From: Planctomycetota bacterium | GTDB lineage: Bacteria; Planctomycetota; PUPC01; JACPCR01 | Direction of reading: 5' to 3' | Length of the DNA stretch: 64,000 nt | Assembly (NCBI GenBank): GCA_016179685.1 | Contig: JACPCR010000051.1 | Span: 137,965 to 201,964 of the forward strand | Shown here: positions 10,601-18,052 of the stretch, piece by piece | Layout of the letters: every line of letters starts with the position of its first letter | Numbering within the stretch: position 1 is the stretch's first letter | The notes under the pieces: generated by a model | What the model was told of the DNA's origin: nothing | The model's input: the letters and a program-made list of their open reading frames with translations, nothing else | Databases searched by the model: none | Made by a program: the position numbers and the translations under genes

Positions 10601-12831
10601 AAGCCGCAGCACGCCACCTCCTTGTCGCGTTCCTTCGAGGCCCCGAACAGTTCGAAATTGCCGCCCCGGTCGGTGATCTGGTAGGTGTGTCCCCGAACGC
10701 CCATCATGGATTTCTGTTCGTGGATGGCCAGGGAAACCAGGGCGCCGGGGATGGGCGTCTGCGGTAGATAACTGATGAGCTGGTCCTCGATCACCCGGCC
10801 GTAGATGTCCCCGAACAGATTTTCCAGGTTCATCTCCAGAGGCAGGTCCGGGTCATTCACGATCTCGTAAAGGATGGGAAAGAGCAATCGCGTCTGGGCC
10901 AGGAGGTTTTCCGGATCGAAATTGTCCAGGTTGTCGTTGGGGGTGTCCACGAGCGCCCGCGTGTCGTTGGCGGTGACGAAGGAAAGGGAAGCGACTCCGG
11001 CGAGCAGCGGCAACTCCCCGTCCAAGGCGATCTGGTCGGGCATGTAGGACCGCCAATCGCGGCCGCGTTTGGGCACGACGCCGCTGACCACCTCGGCTGG
11101 GCCGGGACCGAGGAGCTTCCGGGCCGCCTCGGCGAACTCGAGGACACGGTCCGCGGTGGCAGCGAGCTGCCGCTGCAGCCTGAATTCGCCCGCCGAGCCG
11201 TACTCGTCGTAGAAATTCCCCTTGTAGAAAAGTCCCATCTGCTGGCCGCGGCTCGAAAGGTCGAGACCGATAAAGAGGGCCGGGAGCGCCTCGGGGGCCT
11301 CGCGCCGGGCCTCGCTCACCCACCGGGGATAGACCTTCTCGTAAAGGTCCGCCGCACGGCCTGCCACCTCCCGCATCCGGTCCAGATTCTTCTGGGCCTT
11401 CGCCTGCTTCAGTTCCTTTTTCAGGTCGTAAAGTTCCTCGACCTCCAGGGGAAAATCCGCGCCGAGTTGAAGGTCTCCCACCAATAAGAGGCATTCCGCC
11501 AGGAAATCCTCCGTCCCTTCCTCCAGCGCTTCCAGATCACGCGGCCCCTCCGGTCCGGCCAGCGCTTTCACCGATTCTCGAAGCTTCTGGACCTTCCCCG
11601 GCACGCTCTTTTCCGGGCTCTTCGGGTCCTCCTTCCCCAAAAAGTACTCCACGGCTTGCGTGCCCTTCTCACGCTGCAAGTAGACGTGTCGCGCCGTCCA
11701 GGCCCGGATGCCCCCCAGGGCCTGGAAGTGGGCGGACGTCGCTACGAACTCCACGGTTCGCCGCGGCGGATGGCTCGCGAGAAGCCGGGCGACCTCGAGG
11801 AGCGCCGCGATGCCGCAGGCGGCGTCCGCCCCAGGCGCCAGCGTCGGCACGACGGAGACCGAATCATAGTAGGCTTCGAGGACGATCGTCTGCCGGGAAA
11901 GGGTGGGGTCCGTGCCCGGCAACGTCGCCACAATATTATGCGCCGTCACTCTTTCCCAAGACATATTCGCCTGGAGCGCGGCTTCCGGGGCCGGACGGCC
12001 TTCGGGTCCCGCCAAGCCCAGGGCCGCCAAGGCCGCTAAGCAGGCCTCCTCCTCGCCGGGCGGAGGCGTCCCCACGGCCTGTGCAACGAGGGCCGGCAGC
12101 GCCCGCCGAGGCAGCCAATAGCGCGGGATCGGCGCCGGCATCAAAAGAAATTTTTGCATCGCTTCCGCCCGAAAAGCCGTCTCCGCCGGCTCGAGGAAGA
12201 CGACCGCCTTCGCCCCCATCATTCCCGCGTTGAGCCACCGTGTCGCGCTGTTGAAATCCATCAGCAGCACGCTGCCCTCCACCGGCTTCAGATTGAAGTC
12301 CGCCAGGTGACCTGAACGCACGTAGAGCAAGGGTCCCCGGACACCCGCCGCCGGCAGCTTCGAGGTCCGCGCCAGATTCGGCCAGAGCGCGTGAAGCTCG
12401 ATCGGGTCACCGCCGGGCCGCACCGTCAGCGTCGCCCCGCGGTCGACCGGCATCGCCAGCGTGAACGCCTCCACCCGCGGGTGCAGCCCGCATTCCTCGA
12501 ACTGATGCGCCACGAATTCCGCCGCGCGCCCACAGCCTTCCGAGCCCGGTAAGCGGCTTCCCAACTCGCTGAGGAATTCCACGGTCGGGGCAGGATGAAT
12601 GTGGCTGATAAAAGCCTGAAGCTCCTCGGCCGTCAGGCTGAGTCCTTCAGCGCAGGCCGAGGGAGTGGATGGGAACGGTGCGAGGACTGCCGCGCCCAGA
12701 AGGCTGATGAGAAGAGTACCGGAAGTAAGACGCACCGTCGGAATCCGCCCTGCTGAAGCCCACAAAAGGAAACGAATTTCAACGCGGGTGATACCCGCAG
12801 CCCAACAAGGCTCGGAAAGGTGGCCCGCCAC
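7624..12831 (-). CDS. Large membrane protein: PA + degenerate M28 peptidase-like ectodomain fused to a MacB/FtsX-type permease
   Basis: NIVATLPG..AYYDS..APGAD M28-like motifs, PA-like GPLLYV..GAKAVVF, ISNMRRRKMRTVLT MacB TM1, SVYERTREIGIYAAVG FtsX motif. Likely true start is GTG 12735, ahead of a signal peptide. Confidence 0.88.
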   Translation of the reverse strand: MAGHLSEPCWAAGITRVEIRFLLWASAGRIPTVRLTSGTLLISLLGAAVLAPFPSTPSACAEGLSLTAEELQAFISHIHPAPTVEFLSELGSRLPGSEGCGRAAEFVAHQFEECGLHPRVEAFTLAMPVDRGATLTVRPGGDPIELHALWPNLARTSKLPAAGVRGPLLYVRSGHLADFNLKPVEGSVLLMDFNSATRWLNAGMMGAKAVVFLEPAETAFRAEAMQKFLLMPAPIPRYWLPRRALPALVAQAVGTPPPGEEEACLAALAALGLAGPEGRPAPEAALQANMSWERVTAHNIVATLPGTDPTLSRQTIVLEAYYDSVSVVPTLAPGADAACGIAALLEVARLLASHPPRRTVEFVATSAHFQALGGIRAWTARHVYLQREKGTQAVEYFLGKEDPKSPEKSVPGKVQKLRESVKALAGPEGPRDLEALEEGTEDFLAECLLLVGDLQLGADFPLEVEELYDLKKELKQAKAQKNLDRMREVAGRAADLYEKVYPRWVSEARREAPEALPALFIGLDLSSRGQQMGLFYKGNFYDEYGSAGEFRLQRQLAATADRVLEFAEAARKLLGPGPAEVVSGVVPKRGRDWRSYMPDQIALDGELPLLAGVASLSFVTANDTRALVDTPNDNLDNFDPENLLAQTRLLFPILYEIVNDPDLPLEMNLENLFGDIYGRVIEDQLISYLPQTPIPGALVSLAIHEQKSMMGVRGHTYQITDRGGNFELFGASKERDKEVACCGFLLDRKDGSVERIANLVGNKGAVFRFRGQTRSWSERALSAHATSGARRRERNPDQRLPLFPCSSFMVFDLLDQLYFTTLKELTVLDAKSNTAPKYYAQFLGQSRGSSYSEPCAVVFAEPDVDVKLILSAGLFGSKFTLLNTDETDEKYAEGRGFPLRAAREQTLPFSPYQAAKDMWNLDQSRMEKLRKTGIRNKQVSDLHRLAEEKLQAAGKSREARRYDEFLNLAREAWALEGRAYPDVQSTANDVVRGIIFYFAILLPFAFFAERLFFAFADLRKQLCGIAVFFMAVYVVLHFVHPAFRISQTPVIILDGFFTLALGGMVTLIVLNKFNAQMAKIREKTAAIHGTDVARGSAAVAAFILGISNMRRRKMRTVLTCATLILLTFTVMSFTSFDTGLVFNKVETSYAATYQGVLLRRRDWGPLEEHAYYSIADYFRTSPDAKIALRTWKTAPQVGDTLALEVRHAEDPERTYSAQALVGLSPAEAEVSRPQLLAGRWFTEEENRGQFVCILPKRMAEFLGIQQDDFVPGREAVRVSGDEYRVVGLVDGGAFYETRDLDNEPLTPVDFIEMQSRKDQAEQARASGGQDSAASEETLPELYIHLEGDNVLIIPSGLSVQLGASIRSLAVKLDNRTSAELDHFLEDYVRRLKLILFAGMKSSKTGQGQVRLYSSRSGQSVQGLRGLFVPILIAALIVFNTMLGSVYERTREIGIYAAVGLAPVHISALFLAESCVYATMGSIIGYLLGQVIARMIVRFNIWTDLSVNYSSTSAVVTTLVVVATVILSTLFPAKKAAEISVPDETRKLKLPKPVGDEWVFDFPFTVSKAEAVALNLFLYDYFRAHDEDSIGRFCADQTQFSMVEEAGQPIYSLNSLVWIAPLDMGISQRVQIETREAPDDAKVDVLRFHIHRESGEVDTWRRMNTGFFRDLRKQLLIWRLVEAGYKRELTVRGYELLGRQPPAEVLEAHRRAEEAEESRRQREAEAAAAVTESKKA

Positions 12832-12834
12832 ATC

Positions 12835-13142
12835 CCATCGGGATCCCTACTAACGTTCCATCGGGATCCCTTCGGGAGGACAGGTCCATGCCCCAACGTC
12901 GCTCCCCATGGGATGCCACCAGAAACGAGATCACCCTAAGAGCATCCCTCCCACGGGGACAGGTGCGGGAGGGGCAAGCCAGGGTTGGGCCGGCCAAGCC
13001 GGGCCAACCCTGGCTCTGAAATCCGCGAGCCCGGAGGGCGCAGCGGATTTCATAAGACTTTAACAGAGAAACCCGGGAGGATCAAGACTCGTATCCGGGC
13101 GCGGAGGCGTACCCGCACTTCCGTGCACGGATACGAGTCTTG
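12835..13142. repeat. Mosaic of small palindromic repeats in a divergent intergenic region
   Basis: Direct repeat ccatcgggatccct (12835, 12858), ccctccc..gggagggg hairpin 12946-12974, hairpin 12978-13014, family B repeat 13008-13053, family A copy in reverse orientation 13083-13142. Confidence 0.8.
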
Positions 13143-13168
13143 GCATACAGACTGCTCGCGGCTACAAT
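13140..13168 (+). promoter_or_regulatory. Putative sigma70 promoter
   Basis: TTGGCA (13140-45), 17-bp spacer, TACAAT (13163-68), upstream of the TPR/HEAT gene pair. Confidence 0.5.
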
Positions 13169-13289
13169 AAACGTCCGGTGAAGGATGACCACGAGCCCCC
13201 GCGGGGCACGAAAACAGCACCGGCCAGGTGGGGGTCCGTTTTCCTTCTCCTATCCTGTGCCGCTCCTTGTGACTGCAAACCCCTCAACC

Positions 13290-13661
13290 ATGCCCAAAAA
13301 GGAAAAGGACGATCTGGATTTCGAGATTGAATTCTTTGAAGGTATCGTGCAGCACGATCCTTCCTACCAGGAACCTCTCATGGCACTCGGCCACGCCTAC
13401 ACCCAGCGCGGCCTCTACCAGAAAGGCCTCGAGGTCGACCGGCAGCTTGTCCGTTTACGGCCCGACGACCCGATTGCTTATTACAACCTGGCCTGTTCCC
13501 TGTCCCTCCTTAACGAGCTGGATTCCGGATTCGATGCCCTCCTGCGCGCTCTTCAGTTGGGCTACCGGGACTACTCTTATCTCCTGAAGGACCCCGACCT
13601 GGCTTCGCTTCGCAAGGACCCGAGGTTTAGCCGGTTGGTCCTCGCTCGTCTGACCAAGTAG
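13290..13661 (+). CDS. Small TPR protein
   Basis: LGHAYTQRGLYQKGLEVD, PDDPIAYYNLACSLSL, C-terminal DPDLASLRKDPRF cap. ATG at 13290 is preferred over 13185. Confidence 0.85.
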   Translation: MPKKEKDDLDFEIEFFEGIVQHDPSYQEPLMALGHAYTQRGLYQKGLEVDRQLVRLRPDDPIAYYNLACSLSLLNELDSGFDALLRALQLGYRDYSYLLKDPDLASLRKDPRFSRLVLARLTK

Positions 13662-13685
13662 AGGGCGGAGGGAGGCTGCACTTCA

Positions 13686-14579
13686 TTGAACGACACGGAC
13701 CGGAAACCCGTCGAGCCTGTCCGGGAAACTTCGATCCGCAGCCAAGTGGGTCGTCTCCTGCTCGCGGCGGGACTGGTGCTCGGCGTCACCGCCGTCTTGT
13801 ACTGGATGTTCCGAGTGGACCTGCCCGGCCGGGTCCAGGAGATGGAAAGCCACTTGGCCAGCCCGGACGACAAGTTCCGGAAACTGGCGGCCTACGAACT
13901 ATGGAAAATCGGGGAAGGAACGTCTCCTGAACAGCGCGCTCGAGTGGGCATCCTCGACGGCAGGGTGGGCCAGAAGCTCCTCGCCCTCTACCGGCGGGGT
14001 GACCTCGAGGAGGAAGAGACGAGGCGATTTCTTATCCTGGCCCTGGGCTATTTCGGCTGCCAGGATGCCCTGCCGGACCTGGTCCGGGAAGTTCAGAATC
14101 CGGGCTCGATTTCCAGCGATCTCCGCCTGGACGCGGTCTACAGCCTGGGTTTACTGCAGAACCGGGAAGCGGCAGGGAGTCTCGTGGAGGCGACGCGGAG
14201 CGAGAATCCGGCGATGCGGAGAGCGGCGGCGGCGGCCCTGGGCAAGCTGGGCGATCCCAGGGCCGAGGGGCCCCTCGAGGCGCTGCTCGAGGACACCCAT
14301 GCCGAGGTGGCCTGGACGGCCGCGTTGGCGCTCGGGGAGCTGGGAAACCCGGCGGGCCAGAAAAGCTTCGAGGCCATGCTGGACCGCCAGGTGCTTCAGG
14401 GCCGGCCCGAGTTGGACGAGGAGGCCCGGTCCCGGATCATGATTCACGTCATCCGGGCGGTGGACCGATTAAAACTCCGTTCCTTCAGGGTCAGATTGGA
14501 GCGTCTCGGGGAGACCGACCCGAATCTGAGGGTGAGGAGCGAAGCGATGCGAGCGCTGCGCAGCCTGGCGGGCGACTGA
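13686..14579 (+). CDS. Membrane-anchored HEAT/PBS-lyase repeat protein
   Basis: N-terminal TM LLLAAGLVLGVTAVLYW, repeats RRAAAAALGKLGDPRA, WTAALALGELG, DPNLRVRSEA. Confidence 0.85.
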   Translation: MNDTDRKPVEPVRETSIRSQVGRLLLAAGLVLGVTAVLYWMFRVDLPGRVQEMESHLASPDDKFRKLAAYELWKIGEGTSPEQRARVGILDGRVGQKLLALYRRGDLEEEETRRFLILALGYFGCQDALPDLVREVQNPGSISSDLRLDAVYSLGLLQNREAAGSLVEATRSENPAMRRAAAAALGKLGDPRAEGPLEALLEDTHAEVAWTAALALGELGNPAGQKSFEAMLDRQVLQGRPELDEEARSRIMIHVIRAVDRLKLRSFRVRLERLGETDPNLRVRSEAMRALRSLAGD

Positions 14580-14723
14580 CGAGCCGCCCCTCCGGCTACC
14601 GGTTGGATCAATCGGGACATCGCGGTCCTGGGCGCCTACGCCATCGGGCCATGGGTGGTTCGTCACGGGTGCAGCCCGCCTTGAAGTCGCGTCAGAACTG
14701 AGTGAAACCGGCGAGTCGGCTGA

Positions 14724-14751
14724 CAAATCGCAAATCGCAAATGGCAAATGG
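14724..14751. repeat. Heptamer tandem repeat (caaat[c/g]g)x4
   Basis: caaatcg caaatcg caaatgg caaatgg between convergent genes. Confidence 0.8.
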
Positions 14752-14764
14752 AACAACTCTGGCT

Positions 14765-16270
14765 TCACTGAATACCTATGCGCCGCACCTCCCTCCACGC
14801 GGCCGCCCAGATCAGCAGAAGCGGCAGAAGGCTCAGCAGGCCAGGCAGCCCGGCCAGCTCCCCGAGGTTGAAGGAGCTCCAGGCCGCGGCCGGGGAGACG
14901 GGCAGGCCTTCCTGCTCCGGCGGCAGTCGATCGAGCAGGCTTTGAGTGTTTACGGATACCCGGTTCGCCGCGAGATGCCGGAACGTGTGCTCGAACAGGG
15001 GATTCTCGATCTCGAAACGCGGGGACGGGTTGACGGCGGTCACGGCGGTCTGGATGAGGACGGACAGGCTCAGCAGGCCGAAGAACAGTGCAGGAAGGCG
15101 TGGCCAGAAGAAGTAGAGGGACACGGCGAGGAAGGGGAGGCAGGGGACGAGGTAACGGGGCCCCGCTGACCATCCGCCTTCCCAATGGATGAAGGCCGCG
15201 TTCAGGGAGAGGTAGAAGAGGACGATTGAGAGGCAGGCCAGGGCTTCGAGCCGTCGGCCCCAGCGGGCGCTCAGGAAGGCCGCGGCGCCCGGGATGGCCA
15301 GGACCAGCAGGGGCGATGTGAAGAAGAGCCCGCGCTTTGGCAGGAAGGTCAATTCGAGGAACACTCGGAGGGGCGGCCAGCGGAACACGCCTCCCTTCGA
15401 GTCCTCGAACAGCGGATTCTGATAGGTATAGTTCGTGGCGAAGGGGCTGCCGAAGCAGGCCTGGTGATAGGCCAGGAGGCCGGCCACCGGGAAGGCCGCA
15501 CCCGCAGCGAACCGGACGAGTCCGCGCCGGGGTTCGGGCCCGAGGAGGCGATAGCCGAGGAGGAAGGCGACTGCGGCCGCGTTGTTGTATTCGACGAGGA
15601 TGGCGAGGCCGGCGAGGAGGCCGGCGATCGTATCCACATCCAGCCCTGCCGCCCGGCCCGGCTGGCCCGCCTCGCGAACGGACCCGTACTCGTGCCGCAG
15701 CCAGAGTGCGAAGATGAAGAAAGTAAGGGCCGCGGAGACCTGGTGGGCCTGGAACAGGGTGGCCCATGGAAAGGCGAGCGTGCCGAGGGAATAGCCGGCG
15801 GTGACCCACAGGCGGGGTCCCACGGGGCCCGGACGCAGGTATCCCAGGGCGCTGAAGAGCGCGGCACCGAGCGCCGCAGAGACCAGCGCCATGCTGCACA
15901 CCGTCGCCACGTAGGCGTTGAAGTGGATCAGAGCCAGGGAGCCCAGAGGATGAACTCCAACCAGGACCTCTCCCCAGTAGAGGACCGCGTAGACCGGCAC
16001 GGCCAGGAAGGAGATGCCCGGCGGCTTGTTGGGGTACACCCGGCCCCGGTGGTAGGCGACGTCGTCCGTGTTCGTCGCCATGCTGCCCGGTTCGAGCCGG
16101 CCGTCGGGTCCGTAGCGTCCGATGACCAGGCTGCCTTCTTCCACGATGGACCAGGTGAGATCGAAACGGGCGTTCTGATTCCAGCCGCCGCCCTGGAAGA
16201 AATAGGCGTACGTCAGGAACAGGGTCCAGAAAATCGTACGCCGGACGCTCCGTTCCCTCCGTTCTTCCAT
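14765..16270 (-). CDS. Integral membrane glycosyltransferase-like protein (GT-C/ArnT-PMT-like)
   Basis: About 11 TM helices, periplasmic loop with NKPPG, RGLFFTSP, WEGGWSAGPRYLVP motifs typical of GT-C-fold membrane proteins. Confidence 0.7.
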   Translation of the reverse strand: MEERRERSVRRTIFWTLFLTYAYFFQGGGWNQNARFDLTWSIVEEGSLVIGRYGPDGRLEPGSMATNTDDVAYHRGRVYPNKPPGISFLAVPVYAVLYWGEVLVGVHPLGSLALIHFNAYVATVCSMALVSAALGAALFSALGYLRPGPVGPRLWVTAGYSLGTLAFPWATLFQAHQVSAALTFFIFALWLRHEYGSVREAGQPGRAAGLDVDTIAGLLAGLAILVEYNNAAAVAFLLGYRLLGPEPRRGLVRFAAGAAFPVAGLLAYHQACFGSPFATNYTYQNPLFEDSKGGVFRWPPLRVFLELTFLPKRGLFFTSPLLVLAIPGAAAFLSARWGRRLEALACLSIVLFYLSLNAAFIHWEGGWSAGPRYLVPCLPFLAVSLYFFWPRLPALFFGLLSLSVLIQTAVTAVNPSPRFEIENPLFEHTFRHLAANRVSVNTQSLLDRLPPEQEGLPVSPAAAWSSFNLGELAGLPGLLSLLPLLLIWAAAWREVRRIGIQ

Positions 16271-16604
16271 GGCTTTTTATGGTCCCTCGACGCCGTGCGG
16301 GGCGCAGAGAAGTTACAGCCTGGGACCTGTCCTCCTGGAGGGATAGCGTTTCCACAGCCATGGGGAAACCGCGCTCAACGTTGGACGCGTCGGCGCAAGA
16401 GTAAGAAAGCCAGTCTAACCGGTTCGAAGCAGATGACAAATGAGGATGTGACTCAGAAGTCCCATGACAGACGGGCCCCGACGCTCATACGAGCACACGT
16501 GCAAGGAAGCGCACCCGCTCCGAGGCCCGCCTGTCACGGTACATCGGAATTGGAGTTGTCCACAAGTTCCAGGCAACGCCCGGGGCGGGGCGGCGCGTTC
16601 GGTG

Positions 16605-17897
16605 TTATCCCCGGCCGGAGCAGTTCCTTTTCCTCGCTTCCCACCAGCGTTCGGCCCAGGGACGCCGGGGTTCTTCGGGCCGGCCCCCGAGCGACACGCT
16701 TTGGGCCAGCTCTTCAGGCGACATACCGGCGTCCGGGGACCGCGTTTCAGGAAAAAGCTGCGTCAGGCGCTCCGTGAGCGGCCCCGCGCCCCGGAGGAAC
16801 TCGATGCCGATGCGCAGGCAGAGGAGCGGCATCTCCAGCTCGAGGAGCGGCTGGAATTTGACCGCGTCCTTTTGAGTGGTCAGGAGGGCATCGGCCCCCA
16901 GGCGGCGGGCCTCGGAAACCAGGGCCAGCAGGTCATCACCCGTATACCAGTGATGGTCCGGATACTCGCAGAAGCCCACGAGAATCACGTTCAAATCCTG
17001 GACGGCACGGCGAAAGCCTTCAGGATTCCCGAGGGCGCAGAAGGCCAGGACGCGCTTTTGTTTCAACCATCCCATGCCGACGGGGGAAAGGTCCGGGCAC
17101 TGCAGGACTTCCTTGACTCGGTGAGCGGAGGTGAGGATGGGAGTCCGGGGCGCGAGGCGGCCGATCCGCTCGTGCAGGGCGTCCAGCGCCGCAGGACCCG
17201 CCTGGTCCGCACGAGTCAGCACGATCAGGTCGGCGCGGCGCATGCCCTGGACGGGCTCTCGCAGCAGGCCGCGGGGGAGGAGATGGCCGTACCCGAAGGG
17301 ATTCAGGGCATCGATGAGAAGGATGTCGAGGTCCCGGTGCAGTCGCCGGTGCTGGAATCCGTCGTCGAGGAGAAAGCATTCAGGCGGCGGCTGCAGGCGC
17401 TCCATGGCCGTCCGCGCTCCGCGAAGTCGGTCGGGGCCCAGGATCAGGTGCACCCCATCGAGGTTGGCCTGGAGCAGGAGTCCCTCGTCATGGATGCCCG
17501 GGGGAAGGCCGGAAAGCTCGCCGGCGGGCGAGGGGCTTGGCCGCTGCCCGTAGCCGCGGCTCAGGACGGCGACGCGGTAGCCTCGCTTGCGAATCCAGCG
17601 GGCGATCCACTCGACCATGGGAGTCTTTCCAGTCCCGCCCGCGGTGAGATTGCCGACGCTGATCACGGCGGCATCGACGAGATGGGTTCGAAACCACTTC
17701 CCATCGTAGAGGGCGTTGCGGATGCCCACTCCGACCCGATAGCACCAGGAGAGGCCGGAGAGCGACAGCCGTTCCGCCGTTGCAGCCGCCCCGACGGTCT
17801 CACCTCGGATGAGCTTCAGGTAGGCGCTTCGCCGCCGAACGGACGCCGCGGCCGGCAACTCCGGACTGTCCATGGGCAAGGTGGCGTTTTCAGGCAT
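16605..17897 (-). CDS. lpxK: Tetraacyldisaccharide 4'-kinase
   Basis: VISVGNLTAGGTGKTP, LSRGYG, DE, LLDDGFQH, LLPRGLLRE, YPDHH, LTTQKDAVK. Start at 17897 or 17873. Confidence 0.95.
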   Translation of the reverse strand: MPENATLPMDSPELPAAASVRRRSAYLKLIRGETVGAAATAERLSLSGLSWCYRVGVGIRNALYDGKWFRTHLVDAAVISVGNLTAGGTGKTPMVEWIARWIRKRGYRVAVLSRGYGQRPSPSPAGELSGLPPGIHDEGLLLQANLDGVHLILGPDRLRGARTAMERLQPPPECFLLDDGFQHRRLHRDLDILLIDALNPFGYGHLLPRGLLREPVQGMRRADLIVLTRADQAGPAALDALHERIGRLAPRTPILTSAHRVKEVLQCPDLSPVGMGWLKQKRVLAFCALGNPEGFRRAVQDLNVILVGFCEYPDHHWYTGDDLLALVSEARRLGADALLTTQKDAVKFQPLLELEMPLLCLRIGIEFLRGAGPLTERLTQLFPETRSPDAGMSPEELAQSVSLGGRPEEPRRPWAERWWEARKRNCSGRG

Positions 17898-18052
17898 GGC
17901 CGGTTGAATGGGAAGGGAGTGTGGCGCTCTTTCTCTCGGGGCTTGCGGTCCGGCGAACCCTGGGTCCATGTCGCCGGAAGTCCAGCCGTGCGTACGGGGT
18001 CGTCCACGCTTCCCTGGATCTTATTGGCCTGGAGCGTGCTTTCAACGCTCCG

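Noticed and set aside
8080-10767. 895-aa plus-strand ORF, and similar long antisense ORFs at 6214-8034, 21030-22739, 40121-43750, 44450-47074, 55041-57164 and 57219-58955
   Set aside because: Each lies antisense to a well-supported gene and has no motifs. Such shadow ORFs are expected from high-GC codon bias.
13180-13216. Hammerhead-like GA-stem-GAAA arrangement
   Set aside because: The CUGAnGA core and the cleavage-site stem are missing.
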